This document shows positions 10,203-19,553 of a DNA stretch of 45,219 nt, piece by piece. The notes beneath the pieces are model-generated. The model ran no database searches, was not told the DNA's origin, and was given only the letters and a program-made list of their open reading frames with translations. Position 1 is the first letter of the stretch. Each line of letters begins with the position of its first letter. The position numbers and the translations under genes are program-made. Location: positions 1 through 45,219 of the IMG/VR virus record IMGVR_UViG_2740892444_000003. One strand, written 5' to 3'. The DNA comes from a virus. Taxonomy: Duplodnaviria; Heunggongvirae; Uroviricota; Caudoviricetes.

Positions 10203-10775
10203 TCACATCCATTTAGGGGCGTTGGCTCCCAGCATCTTATGCGATGTTGAGATCAGTTCAATAGCCTCTTCACGGGTAACATTATCTGACAAGAGTTCAG
10301 CCTGGAAAGGCTGCGATTGCCTAACTTCAGCGGCCAACTGAGTTGCAGTGTTCTCGACGGCGGTCAACGCACGAACATATTTGCGTTTTAATGGGCGCAA
10401 CATTTGCAGATGGCCTTGCCACATAGGGGACCTTTCCGCTTCAGAGAACATATCCACTAAATGTCCTTTAGCATTTCGGCATGCCTTGGCAAGACCTTCG
10501 AGATGGGATAAAAACCCTTCCGGAAGCTCATCAACAATGATTCTCCCATTTCGAAAAGCTTCGAGATGAGACATGCCTTCCTTCGCGGTATTTTCGATTT
10601 CTTGAGCGCGTGCAGCAATCGCGGTACAACGACGAAATGCCTCTTCAGCATCTAATCGTTGTGGCAGTTCACAAGCATTAGAGATCAGGGGTTTGAAAGC
10701 ACCGTTAACAGCTTCCTGAACCTGATTCATTTGTTGTGTAATTGTTGCCAGCGCAAATGCGTAGCTAATCGCCAT
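10203..10775 (-). CDS. Uncharacterised 190-aa helical protein, upstream partner of the YafO-like gene (candidate antitoxin or sensor)
   Basis: The stop lies 1 nt from the toxin ATG (TGAcATG). A GAGGG RBS sits 7 nt before ATG 10775, and the track start at 10781 is a TTG. It shows no resemblance to the ~97-aa Phd/YefM-type YafN. Confidence 0.55.
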   Translation of the reverse strand: MAISYAFALATITQQMNQVQEAVNGAFKPLISNACELPQRLDAEEAFRRCTAIAARAQEIENTAKEGMSHLEAFRNGRIIVDELPEGFLSHLEGLAKACRNAKGHLVDMFSEAERSPMWQGHLQMLRPLKRKYVRALTAVENTATQLAAEVRQSQPFQAELLSDNVTREEAIELISTSHKMLGANAPKWM

Positions 10776-10788
10776 ACCCAATCCCTCT

Positions 10789-10803
10789 GTCGTTTTAAAC
10801 GAC
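10789..10803. promoter_or_regulatory. Perfect palindrome GTCGTTT-T-AAACGAC between the putative cassette promoter and the RBS (candidate operator)
   Basis: Read directly from the sequence. An upstream minus-strand sigma70-like candidate is TTGAGT-N17-ATAATG in the AT-rich 10782-10943 gap. Confidence 0.35.
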
Positions 10804-10943
10804 TATACACCACTTATTCAAAGTTAGCTGAGCGCTAAAAGTTCGCAAAGTTTAGTGATCATGCAACCACCTAGCAAGCGATAAAAAATCATTATTTAGT
10901 GAATGTGAACAAACTCAACACTATGCAGAAATGTAACTTTTGG

Positions 10944-11276
10944 TTAACCAGAAACCTTTTTGCATGGAAAGGAACCGATGATTTTCGGCGCATCCATGCT
11001 GTTCTGCAGCAGTTGGACATTCAGGAAAGCTTTTCCGTTACGTTTCACAAACTCAAAGCCGTAATTGTTACCATCACGGGAAGGCATCAGGCCCATGTCC
11101 ATTTTTATGTTTGAATAGTCACCATCTTTTCCCAGAAATTTTATCTTCTGTGATGTGACAGTTTCACCGTTAATAACAGTCATTCCGTCACCGGTCATCG
11201 TGTAGTTGCCGCACTGAATTGCAGCCATCGCCGGAGCAGTAACCATCATAACTAACGCCAAACATAACCGTTTCAT
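10944..11276 (-). CDS. Small secreted/periplasmic protein of unknown function (moron)
   Basis: The ATG at 11276 overlaps the hub-gene stop (TAATG). There is an N-terminal signal peptide MKRLCLALVMMVTAPAMA/A and two Cys residues. The longer track ORF start lies inside the hub gene. Confidence 0.65.
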   Translation of the reverse strand: MKRLCLALVMMVTAPAMAAIQCGNYTMTGDGMTVINGETVTSQKIKFLGKDGDYSNIKMDMGLMPSRDGNNYGFEFVKRNGKAFLNVQLLQNSMDAPKIIGSFPCKKVSG

Positions 11277-12340
11277 TAAAGCCCTCTTTCCCTCGCTGAT
11301 GAGGAAACAAGATCCGCCGCGCCACGCGCTTCGCACATCATATCCATGTACCACGCCTGGCCCCTTGTATCGCCAGTGTACATAATCCCGCGCACAATAT
11401 AAACGCCATCCGTTGCGATGCTGGCAGGCTGCGATGTGGTGCCGCTTAGCGTGATATTTCCATCCGTGTTCTGGTCGGTGATCTGACCACCAGCCATCGC
11501 AATATCGTTGTTCGACAAGGCGGTACGATACACGGAAGCCTGATCCAGCTGAATAAGTCCGTTAACCCGGATGTTCGGATTAATAAGCGCGCGGACGTTT
11601 ACGCCGTTACCGATAGTCTGCTGCGGCATGCCAATAAGCCCGGTAGCGCTGTTGAGCACAATCGCTTCATGAACATATTCGTTATTCGCCACCATCTGGC
11701 GCTGACCGTCCACGAATTGCCATGTTGCGCCACATTGCCCGGCTACGTTATCCATTAGATGCCGCGTCATGCCAAAGAGTACCCGCCCCCGGGGGAATAC
11801 AGTAGCAGGCATTTCAGGCGTCAGGCCTTCGGTCGCGCCTTTGGCTTCGAAGTCTTTCATCAGCGCACGGTTTACATCAGCGACCGTGTAACCGGCAGCC
11901 AGCGTCTGTGAGGTTATACTGGTGGCAAAAGCCAGATCAGTATCTGCTGCCTGAATCAGGACGTAGGAATCAACCGGACTGTCTTTTCCTGTGACCGAGT
12001 AGCGAATTTCACCGCTGAAAATCAGTCCGTAGTTGCGGCCATCACTCTGACCCACGTCCGCCGCGTCAACTTCCCGCACGGTCCCGACGTCGCTTGCCGA
12101 CACCTCCGGCGCGATACCGTCGTAACCGGCAATCAGACGCACTTTCGAAAACTCCTGCCCGGTGATTCGGTTCACAGTATCTGCCGAGAGGTTATAAATT
12201 TTGATAGTCCCTACCCGGGACGCGCTGCTGATGTTGAACCAGTCGATCGTAAAGGTGACTTTAAAATCACTTAGCTCAATTCCCTGACCGTTCCCGTCCA
12301 CAAGCTGCAGCTCGAAATGTCTCATCCAGTTCTGTGACAT
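11276..12340 (-). CDS. Baseplate hub protein (Mu gp44 / P2 gpD position)
   Basis: A 354-aa protein, placed by synteny between the tape measure-proximal genes and the spike. Confidence 0.6.
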   Translation of the reverse strand: MSQNWMRHFELQLVDGNGQGIELSDFKVTFTIDWFNISSASRVGTIKIYNLSADTVNRITGQEFSKVRLIAGYDGIAPEVSASDVGTVREVDAADVGQSDGRNYGLIFSGEIRYSVTGKDSPVDSYVLIQAADTDLAFATSITSQTLAAGYTVADVNRALMKDFEAKGATEGLTPEMPATVFPRGRVLFGMTRHLMDNVAGQCGATWQFVDGQRQMVANNEYVHEAIVLNSATGLIGMPQQTIGNGVNVRALINPNIRVNGLIQLDQASVYRTALSNNDIAMAGGQITDQNTDGNITLSGTTSQPASIATDGVYIVRGIMYTGDTRGQAWYMDMMCEARGAADLVSSSARERGL

Positions 12341-12342
12341 GC

Positions 12343-12645
12343 TTACTCCGTTGATACCAGTAAATGGCTGCGACCGCCTAGGTCAGTTTTTGTGGGGTAA
12401 TCCTGTGTGTTGTCATCACAGACCACCACCAGCTTAAAACCAAGCCCCATACAGGCGTACTGCGCCAGCAGGTCAGCACCGGTGACGAGAGGAATACCGG
12501 AGATTACCGGCTCCCCTCTGTCGTTCTGCAGGTCCATAATCCAGTAAAGATCGCGCCATATGATGTTAATCCGCCAGGTGACACCACCCAGGACGATACT
12601 GAACTGCTGGTTATCCGCTGTCAGCGGAATTTCCTGAATTGTCAT
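12343..12645 (-). CDS. Small tail/baseplate protein
   Basis: A 100-aa ORF tightly packed in the tail operon. Confidence 0.5.
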   Translation of the reverse strand: MTIQEIPLTADNQQFSIVLGGVTWRINIIWRDLYWIMDLQNDRGEPVISGIPLVTGADLLAQYACMGLGFKLVVVCDDNTQDYPTKTDLGGRSHLLVSTE

Positions 12646-13232
12646 TATCCGCCTCCCAGTAATGACGCCACGTTACCCGTGATGCTTTTCAGCAGTGAAG
12701 TATCTGGAGGCTTTGTGGTTTTGTTGCCGCTATTCTGTACCGCCGACGTGCTGGCCCCTTCCTTCATGTTGGTTTTATCCGCGACGGTAATCTGCTGTGT
12801 CCGGGAGATAATGACCTCCCTCAGGGTGAGGACGGCGGACAGGACGTTTTCGGTTGTCTTGTCCGTCGTCACTTCCAGCGCCCGGATCAACATGTTGCTG
12901 TACAGCCGTTTACCGGTTACCACATCGAAGGGGATACGGCTTTCCTGCAGATCCAGTAGCTCCTGATACGTCTGCTGAGGACTCAGGCCGAGCAGGCTGG
13001 TAGCCGTCAGATTACTGGCAAAATCCAGCAATGCGCCGCCACCGGCGAAACCAACCTCCATCACCACTTCTGACGGTTTTTTATAGGCATGATCAGCGAC
13101 AGCGGCCCCAACCTCTACCGGATGCTCTGTTATTTCAAGCATATCTGTATGCTTCTCTGAAATAACAACACTGGGAACAATCATTCCTATTTTTCTGCTC
13201 TGCTGATGAAAAAGTGTAGAGAGAATATCCAC
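12645..13232 (-). CDS. Tail/baseplate protein (Mu gp43 position)
   Basis: A 195-aa ORF immediately after the tape measure gene, with overlapping stop and start codons. Confidence 0.5.
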   Translation of the reverse strand: MDILSTLFHQQSRKIGMIVPSVVISEKHTDMLEITEHPVEVGAAVADHAYKKPSEVVMEVGFAGGGALLDFASNLTATSLLGLSPQQTYQELLDLQESRIPFDVVTGKRLYSNMLIRALEVTTDKTTENVLSAVLTLREVIISRTQQITVADKTNMKEGASTSAVQNSGNKTTKPPDTSLLKSITGNVASLLGGG

Positions 13233-15220
13233 TAACCCACCCTCACCTGATTACTTCGCATGACCTGAGCATTTGCAGACTGTTGCCGACGTGCAACCTC
13301 ATTACCGACAGCGTGCGGATCTCCGCCACCGTAAATGTGGTAAGTATTTTGCTGGTTAACCTCTGTCATTTTGCCACTAATTCCCGCCACGGCAGCCTTA
13401 TTAATCAGCTCTCGAGAATAGATATTTCTTCCATTTTCATGCTGGATAATGCTGCTCATCAATGCTGACATGGTTTGCGGATCGCTCATATTCAGGGCAG
13501 CCCGGGGATCCACTCCCAGTCGTTGCGATACAGCCCTGATATACGCAGTTGTGTTGTTATTATCAGACGCAGGTGCCCAGGTAGAGATAATTTTCTCCAC
13601 GCTGTTTATTCCCCGTCCGGCGTACAACATTAACTGACGAGCAAGAGCCCGTAATCCATCAAAAGCAGTTTCAAATCTGGCAAATCGCCCGCCCGGGCGT
13701 TCAAGAGAAGCCCCTGCCTGACCAGCAAAATTAAGGTTTCCCGGATTGTTATTCCGTTCTCCTCGTTTCGTAGCCTGTGCATATTGTTCCGGCTCATCAT
13801 CACCAAACCAGCCGCGTACCGTCCGGCCCACACTGCGGGGATCGAATCCCCAGTGCTCTTTAATCCAGTCGGCAGTACTGTTAGCGCTGTCTGTAACCAT
13901 CGGCATCGCTGACGGATTTTCGCTGCCCTGATTAAGTATCTGTTTGCCGATGCTGACGGCATCAGCCCAGCGGCCATCTTTGATAGCGTTGAGCAGGTCG
14001 GCGATCATGTTCAGCATTTTGCTGAATTCGCCCATCTGGTCGATGAAGTTGCTGAAATCCCACTTCAGGGACCATGATTTGGGGTCAATATTGAGCAGTT
14101 TCGCCAGCGCTTTCGCCAGTTCATTAACAGACCCTTTCAGGTCACGAACCATCTTCAGCGCGGCATCGACCTCCGGCTTCCACTTGCCCCAGTCAATCAG
14201 GCTGTCGCCGCCTTCCTTCCAGGTCTGATAGTCCTCCCACAGAAGGGCAATCCCCGCCGCCAGCGCGGTAATGAGGCCAATCGGCGACATCCAGAACGTA
14301 CTGTTCAGAATGCGCAGCGCAATCGTCAGCGCGCCAAACAGCGAGATGAGCTCCCGCGTTTGCTTATCCAGCGATTGCCACCAGGTGATGAGGCCTGATG
14401 TTCCTTCAATCAGTCTGAAGAACAGCCGCCCGATAATATCCCCGAGCGCCAGAATGCCTTTTATGGCTTTCGTCAGGGTCTGCTCGATACGCGGGAGGTT
14501 GTCCAGGATATGGCGGCGCAGAGTGTCCAGCGAACCCGCAAGCCCACCCGCAAGATTAGAGCCGATTTTGTCACGGGCCATGCCTGCCATCGCGCCAAAC
14601 TCACGCAGGGAGGTCATAAATTTGTTGGAGCTTCTGGCCGCCTCGTCAGCATTGAAGCCGATAGCTTTCGCCATTGCGCTGTACTGCCCGGAGAAATCAC
14701 CCACACCCCGGCGCATCGCCATGAGGGTATTTTCGTCAATGCCCAGCATCTGCGCATACTGGTTAGCCCGGTAATACGGCATGCTGCTGAGCTTCTGTCC
14801 GACACCCGTAAAGATAGCGGCCATGTCACGCATGTTACCGCTGGCATCACGGGTCTGTACGCCCAGGCGATTCAGAAAGCCTTCTGCACCGGGATTGTTG
14901 CGAATAAACCGGGAGAGGCTTTCCAGAGAAGAGCGCGCAGCGTCCACGCTGCCGCCAACCTGCGAAACCGCATAGCCAATAGACTGAATCCCCTGAACCG
15001 TCGCGCCGGTGCGCTGTGACGCCCAGTAGAGATTATCCAGACCGGAGGCGATCTTAGCCGTGAAGGCCACCACGGACAGCGCAGCTCCTTCAACAGCCAG
15101 CCCCATTTTGATGACATTTGCAGTTGTACCGGCGAGGACAGAACCGAACTTTTTCGCTCCTGCATCATCCACACTGAAGCCAAGCGAGACGAGGAAATCT
15201 TTAATAGTTTCAGCGTTCAT
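13232..15220 (-). CDS. Tail tape measure protein
   Basis: A 662-aa protein from the MNAETIKDF start. It has long helical and hydrophobic central segments and follows the chaperone pair. Confidence 0.8.
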   Translation of the reverse strand: MNAETIKDFLVSLGFSVDDAGAKKFGSVLAGTTANVIKMGLAVEGAALSVVAFTAKIASGLDNLYWASQRTGATVQGIQSIGYAVSQVGGSVDAARSSLESLSRFIRNNPGAEGFLNRLGVQTRDASGNMRDMAAIFTGVGQKLSSMPYYRANQYAQMLGIDENTLMAMRRGVGDFSGQYSAMAKAIGFNADEAARSSNKFMTSLREFGAMAGMARDKIGSNLAGGLAGSLDTLRRHILDNLPRIEQTLTKAIKGILALGDIIGRLFFRLIEGTSGLITWWQSLDKQTRELISLFGALTIALRILNSTFWMSPIGLITALAAGIALLWEDYQTWKEGGDSLIDWGKWKPEVDAALKMVRDLKGSVNELAKALAKLLNIDPKSWSLKWDFSNFIDQMGEFSKMLNMIADLLNAIKDGRWADAVSIGKQILNQGSENPSAMPMVTDSANSTADWIKEHWGFDPRSVGRTVRGWFGDDEPEQYAQATKRGERNNNPGNLNFAGQAGASLERPGGRFARFETAFDGLRALARQLMLYAGRGINSVEKIISTWAPASDNNNTTAYIRAVSQRLGVDPRAALNMSDPQTMSALMSSIIQHENGRNIYSRELINKAAVAGISGKMTEVNQQNTYHIYGGGDPHAVGNEVARRQQSANAQVMRSNQVRVG

Positions 15221-15850
15221 TATCCTCTCTCCATTTCTCAATGCGCCGCTGGTTATCCGCTTTTACCGCCAGATGGTCATTCAAGAGAGCAATGTCGTAC
15301 AAATCGACAGAGCCATCTTTAAGTGCTGTATAAGGAATTAACCCGGCGTCAACCGGATTGAGAAGGTAAGACAGCCCGTCCGGCAGGCTGTTAAACGTCA
15401 GCCCTGTTGCAGGCTCTGCGTCGTGCTGGTAAGGGGTGTAGGCAAAAAATTTCCCAGCGAATCGGCGACCACCCGCGCCACCAGATGCAGCATGACCAGC
15501 AAGTCAATATCATCAAACATCAGTTCGCCCTGGGTAAATACCGGAACCCATCCGTCCATATGACGCCGCGATACCACCGCAAGACAGGGATGAATAATCG
15601 CACTGGTGTCATCTTCGGTCAGGGAAGACAGTTCCTCAGCGATACGCGGGAGCATGGTTTCAAACACCGGTTTTAACTGCTCGAATTTCACGGTGTCGAT
15701 TTTGCCATCAGCAGGCAAACGGGAGCGAATGCTCCCGAAATCTGACATCATTCCTGCCAGCACCGGCAGAAGTTTGCGGGTCACTTTCAGCTGATCAAAA
15801 ACGCTGAGTTTTGCCGCGCGATATTTCACGCCTTTGATTTCGAATTCCAT
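15210..15850 (-). CDS. Tail assembly chaperone, -1 frameshifted long form (G-T-like)
   Basis: The -1 frame stays open from the slippery site to a TGA at 15212-15210. The extension FFAYTPYQHDAEPATGLTFNSLPDGLSYLLNPVDAGLIPYTALKDGSVDLYDIALLNDHLAVKADNQRRIEKWREDNER has no start codon of its own. Confidence 0.55.
15398..15850 (-). CDS. Tail assembly chaperone (short form)
   Basis: A 150-aa protein between the tube and tape measure genes, containing a slippery heptamer near its 3' end. Confidence 0.7.
   Translation of the reverse strand: MEFEIKGVKYRAAKLSVFDQLKVTRKLLPVLAGMMSDFGSIRSRLPADGKIDTVKFEQLKPVFETMLPRIAEELSSLTEDDTSAIIHPCLAVVSRRHMDGWVPVFTQGELMFDDIDLLVMLHLVARVVADSLGNFLPTPLTSTTQSLQQG
15443..15449 (-). 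other. Slippery heptamer T TTT TTG (programmed -1 frameshift site)
   Basis: The zero-frame reading is AAT TTT TTG, an X XXY YYZ pattern in frame with the chaperone ORF. Confidence 0.55.
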
Positions 15851-15853
15851 GTA

Positions 15854-16294
15854 TTAAAACTCCCCGAGAACCTGGTCAATCTTGCCGCAGTCAAACACCC
15901 ACGGCATCGTATTACCGGTTTTAGCGTTGGCATTATCCGGTTGTTTCTGGAACGCAACACTACGTGCCGTGATGATGTCGCCGCTGACCTTGTTTCGGAT
16001 CACAATAACGTTATTCCCCCATGTGGCAGAAGACTGGCTCTGTGCGTTATACGCCAGCGACAATTTTTTATTTGTCGGTGATGTCTTCAGAAGGTTAACG
16101 GTAATCGTCCCGCTTTTATCTGCATGGAGACTGTGCATCACTTCGCCATCAGCACCGATGGTCATGGTGTTTTTAGGACCGCCCATCGCAACCACAATCC
16201 CCTCTTCAGAACTTGCAGAACCGTACCCGAGGTCAATCGAACCGGTCGGGCCGGTCAGCGTCGCAGTGACATCCATAAAAGAATAGGTAGACAT
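15854..16294 (-). CDS. Tail tube protein
   Basis: A 146-aa protein directly after the sheath gene. Its sequence resembles DUF3277-type tube proteins (from memory). Confidence 0.7.
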   Translation of the reverse strand: MSTYSFMDVTATLTGPTGSIDLGYGSASSEEGIVVAMGGPKNTMTIGADGEVMHSLHADKSGTITVNLLKTSPTNKKLSLAYNAQSQSSATWGNNVIVIRNKVSGDIITARSVAFQKQPDNANAKTGNTMPWVFDCGKIDQVLGEF

Positions 16295-16304
16295 TCACTT
16301 CCCC

Positions 16305-17450
16305 TTAGCGAACAACGTTAATCTGTACGTCAGCGTAATGAACCGCGCCTGCAAGTTTTATTGCAGCCTGAATCACCGGAGCCTTACGGGCTTCACGTTC
16401 TGATTGTGCCTGTTCATCCAGCGGCTGGGCGTATACGTAATAACCTTTGGGCAGCGTGTCACCTGATGACAACTGACCAAGGTCGCCACCGTTCCATACG
16501 CCCGGAGCAATCAGTCCATTCTGAACGGCCTGATCCAGTGATTTTTCAACATTTGATAACAGTCGGGTAATACCGGCTTCAGTCTGGGGAACTTTCGTGG
16601 TGCTGGTATAAAGCAGGTTATAGAGGTTGGTCTGCACATAATTCTGTAACCAGTCCAGGCCGTGGCGTTCATCAAAGAAATCGCCGTTAGCCATCACTCC
16701 CTGCTGGAGGATAGCTGTATCATTCTGGTAGTACACGAACACATTGCAGTTTTTTGCATCAAGTGCCGATGCCTGGCTGACTGTCAGTGTTTCATACCCG
16801 ACACCAGGCTCCTGCTTAAACTTGAGCGTAATCGCGGTATTACTGCCATTGAAATTAACCGTGAATGCCCGGCCAAATGCAGATAACGCAGCGTATTTAT
16901 TACCAGATGAATACTGAATAAAACTGCGTGAATATCCGGCGGTTTTCAGTTTTGATGCCAAATCATCGCTGGATGCAGTCTGCAGGCATTTTTCATCGCT
17001 TGTCGTAATCGCCAGAATACGGCTTACAGAAGAGGATTCGATCGCCGCAGCCACTTTCAGCCAGTCTGCATCCGGAATATCTGCATCGTCTGCAATCCCC
17101 AGCCCATACCATGAAGTATAATCGAGCATGGCATTCACAGCCTGCTCCAGCGTCTCAGGCGTGGCCTGTTCGCTGTCTCCCTTCGTTTTCACCCAACGAC
17201 CAACAAAAACCTCCTGAGGTTTCGGTGATTGTGAGAAAAACACCTGCGCAGCCTTATATTCTGGTGATTCCACGCCAAAATCTTTTCCAATATCTTCCGC
17301 GGCAGAATAACGACGAATGCGCTCACTTACCGGAATGATTGTGGACGGGCCGAGAATGAGTAATGCACCAAAATTTCGCCCTGATGCTGCACGCGGCGAC
17401 ATGATCACATCAACATTAACAACGTTTGATACAGGCAAGCCCTGTGCCAT
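16305..17450 (-). CDS. Contractile tail sheath protein
   Basis: A 381-aa protein upstream of the tube gene, resembling DUF3383-type sheaths (from memory). Confidence 0.75.
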   Translation of the reverse strand: MAQGLPVSNVVNVDVIMSPRAASGRNFGALLILGPSTIIPVSERIRRYSAAEDIGKDFGVESPEYKAAQVFFSQSPKPQEVFVGRWVKTKGDSEQATPETLEQAVNAMLDYTSWYGLGIADDADIPDADWLKVAAAIESSSVSRILAITTSDEKCLQTASSDDLASKLKTAGYSRSFIQYSSGNKYAALSAFGRAFTVNFNGSNTAITLKFKQEPGVGYETLTVSQASALDAKNCNVFVYYQNDTAILQQGVMANGDFFDERHGLDWLQNYVQTNLYNLLYTSTTKVPQTEAGITRLLSNVEKSLDQAVQNGLIAPGVWNGGDLGQLSSGDTLPKGYYVYAQPLDEQAQSEREARKAPVIQAAIKLAGAVHYADVQINVVR

Positions 17451-17453
17451 AGC

Positions 17454-18020
17454 TTAATCTCCGAAAAAGATGACTGGTGCTTCCACCAGCGATTTAATAC
17501 CGTACTCGCGCACAACCTTCCGGCGCAGACGCACCGTCATATCGTAGCGGCGGACCCATTGCTGATTAATAAGTTCAGGGAAGGGAGTCAGACCTGTGTA
17601 ATCGCCAAGAGACAGCCCCAGCGCATTCAGTGCTGCGTTGTTCTGTGGTACAGATATACCGTCACGAAACCGGGACGCATACACCATCCCCGCCGGACCA
17701 TAAAACGAAGCCATACACTCAATCGTTTCATGCCGCCAGAGCTGAGAGCCATCATCGGTCTGTCTGGTGAATGCCGGACTGTCATCACCTGACCATCCGA
17801 TAACCCCAAACGCACACCAGTTCGTTTCAACCGGTAGCAGTGGCGGCTGCTCTTTCTGCCAGCGCGGACGAACCATCCCGGCAGACAGACCGGAAACGTT
17901 ACGCATCCACTGGCTTAACAGCCTGTCGAGCGCTTCGTCATAATCCGGATCGCCACTGGTTGGTATTAACCATCCGCGCTCTGTACTGGTGTTATTGCTC
18001 AACCGGAGTTCCCCCATCAA
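17454..18020 (-). CDS. Neck / tail terminator-type protein
   Basis: A 188-aa ORF between the connector genes and the sheath gene. Confidence 0.45.
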   Translation of the reverse strand: MMGELRLSNNTSTERGWLIPTSGDPDYDEALDRLLSQWMRNVSGLSAGMVRPRWQKEQPPLLPVETNWCAFGVIGWSGDDSPAFTRQTDDGSQLWRHETIECMASFYGPAGMVYASRFRDGISVPQNNAALNALGLSLGDYTGLTPFPELINQQWVRRYDMTVRLRRKVVREYGIKSLVEAPVIFFGD

Positions 18021-18381
18021 ACGGCATCAACTCACAATGCGCCTGAACGAATCCGGCCCCATAAGCTGTATACGGGTCGACGAAGGTCACACGATAATCA
18101 CGGCCCTGATACGTCACGATATCGGCATCACGGCCAGTCTGCCCCTGTGTCAGCCGCTCATTTGTCACGATAAGAATCGCGCCACTGATAACTTGCCCGG
18201 ACTGCATACGGCGGTTCTCCAGGGAGCGGTCAACGGTAACAACTCCGGCAAACTGCGTTTTAACTTCGCTGTCGCTGCCGATCCCGTCATCGTCCACCGT
18301 TTGCACGCGACGCGTTACCCACAGGTTGAAGTCGCAAAAATCGGGGTCAAAAAGCACGTCTGTTACATCAAGAGTCGGCAT
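17992..18381 (-). CDS. Head-tail joining protein
   Basis: A 129-aa ORF in the connector block. Confidence 0.45.
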   Translation of the reverse strand: MPTLDVTDVLFDPDFCDFNLWVTRRVQTVDDDGIGSDSEVKTQFAGVVTVDRSLENRRMQSGQVISGAILIVTNERLTQGQTGRDADIVTYQGRDYRVTFVDPYTAYGAGFVQAHCELMPFDGGTPVEQ

Positions 18382-18922
18382 CTTTATCCCTCACTACATG
18401 GGTAATAGCTCTGCGGTACTGTCCGGTGTCAATTAGCGGTTTCACCAGATCGGTTCCGGGTGACTCGCCAGCAGCGCGTCGGGCAAGCTCAGCTTTCGCC
18501 CCTTTGCGCCCTCGACGTGCACGGGCTTCAACAGTGCTGTCAGCAAGCGGCGTAAAGCCGGTAATAGTCATGTAACGCCTGACGCCATTAGCGGCCAGCG
18601 TTCCGGCGCGGTTGAGCGCTCTTTCCGCCCCCGCCGCATTTCCATCAAGCGCAGCCTGCGCCGCTGCTTTGAGCTGCGGCACTGTCTGTCCCTCTACCGA
18701 TTTAACGCCGGGGGTCAGGTGCGGGCGTGGGGGGATGTTTTGCGCTGGTGAGCCGTATTCGTTGACATAGCCGATCCCGGCATTACCAAACGGAACATCT
18801 TCACGCTCGCTGTCTTCCGAAGGGATGCCGACCAGCACATCCTTTTTGGTTAGCGACCTGAGCGCATCCAGAATGGCCTGAGCGTTATCCACCCTCGTTG
18901 TTACACCGCTTTTGAAGCTCAT
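18368..18922 (-). CDS. Head-tail joining protein
   Basis: A 184-aa ORF in the connector block. Confidence 0.45.
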   Translation of the reverse strand: MSFKSGVTTRVDNAQAILDALRSLTKKDVLVGIPSEDSEREDVPFGNAGIGYVNEYGSPAQNIPPRPHLTPGVKSVEGQTVPQLKAAAQAALDGNAAGAERALNRAGTLAANGVRRYMTITGFTPLADSTVEARARRGRKGAKAELARRAAGESPGTDLVKPLIDTGQYRRAITHVVRDKDADS

Positions 18923-19326
18923 AGCTGGCGACCGCCCGCACCGAACATCGTGATCAGCTGATAAAATTCAGCGCCATATCGGGTGTTATTCCAGAAACCT
19001 GCATCAGGATTCAGCGTCGCGCTGGTGTCATAACTGACGCTTACCTTATCCACGGACTTTGAGGACTGAACACCATTGGTTGAACCGCCAGGGCCGCCAA
19101 CCAGCATCGCCCGGCTGTCTGCCGCCCAGAGCGTCATGTAGTGTGCAACGAACAATCCGGCAAAGTACGGAAACAACTTTTTGCCGGTGACGTTTTCGCT
19201 CAGCAGTTCATCGGCCAGATTCAGACGAAACTGGATTTGCGCTTCGGGATATTTGGCAGGGTCAGCAAACTGCGGGAAGTCGCGGCGAAAATCACTTACC
19301 GCTGGCAGACTTTGATTCTTTGGCAT
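18919..19326 (-). CDS. Head-tail adaptor (DUF4054-like)
   Basis: A 135-aa ORF, the first gene after the capsid block. Confidence 0.5.
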   Translation of the reverse strand: MPKNQSLPAVSDFRRDFPQFADPAKYPEAQIQFRLNLADELLSENVTGKKLFPYFAGLFVAHYMTLWAADSRAMLVGGPGGSTNGVQSSKSVDKVSVSYDTSATLNPDAGFWNNTRYGAEFYQLITMFGAGGRQL

Positions 19327-19513
19327 TTTTTACCTCGTTACGCGCGTCTGTAGCTTTGCCAACGGATACTTCCGCGTGCGCACGAGTGAACCAGTGCGTG
19401 GCAACGTCTTCCTCCACTGCATGACGGCCTTTAACAAACTCGCGCCGAGAACCGTCGGGAAGCGTGAGCACAAACGGGGTATGTACGTGTATTACTGCAT
19501 TATTTTTTGCCAT
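19292..19513 (-). CDS. Small head-associated protein
   Basis: A 73-aa protein from [10 protein letters not shown], with an AAGGA RBS. It is the C-terminal part of the 150-aa track ORF, whose 5' part overlaps the capsid gene. Confidence 0.45.
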   Translation of the reverse strand: MAKNNAVIHVHTPFVLTLPDGSRREFVKGRHAVEEDVATHWFTRAHAEVSVGKATDARNEVKNAKESKSASGK

Positions 19514-19553
19514 CGGGTCATCCTTAATGGCCCCGCCAGGGGCCATGTGGCTG

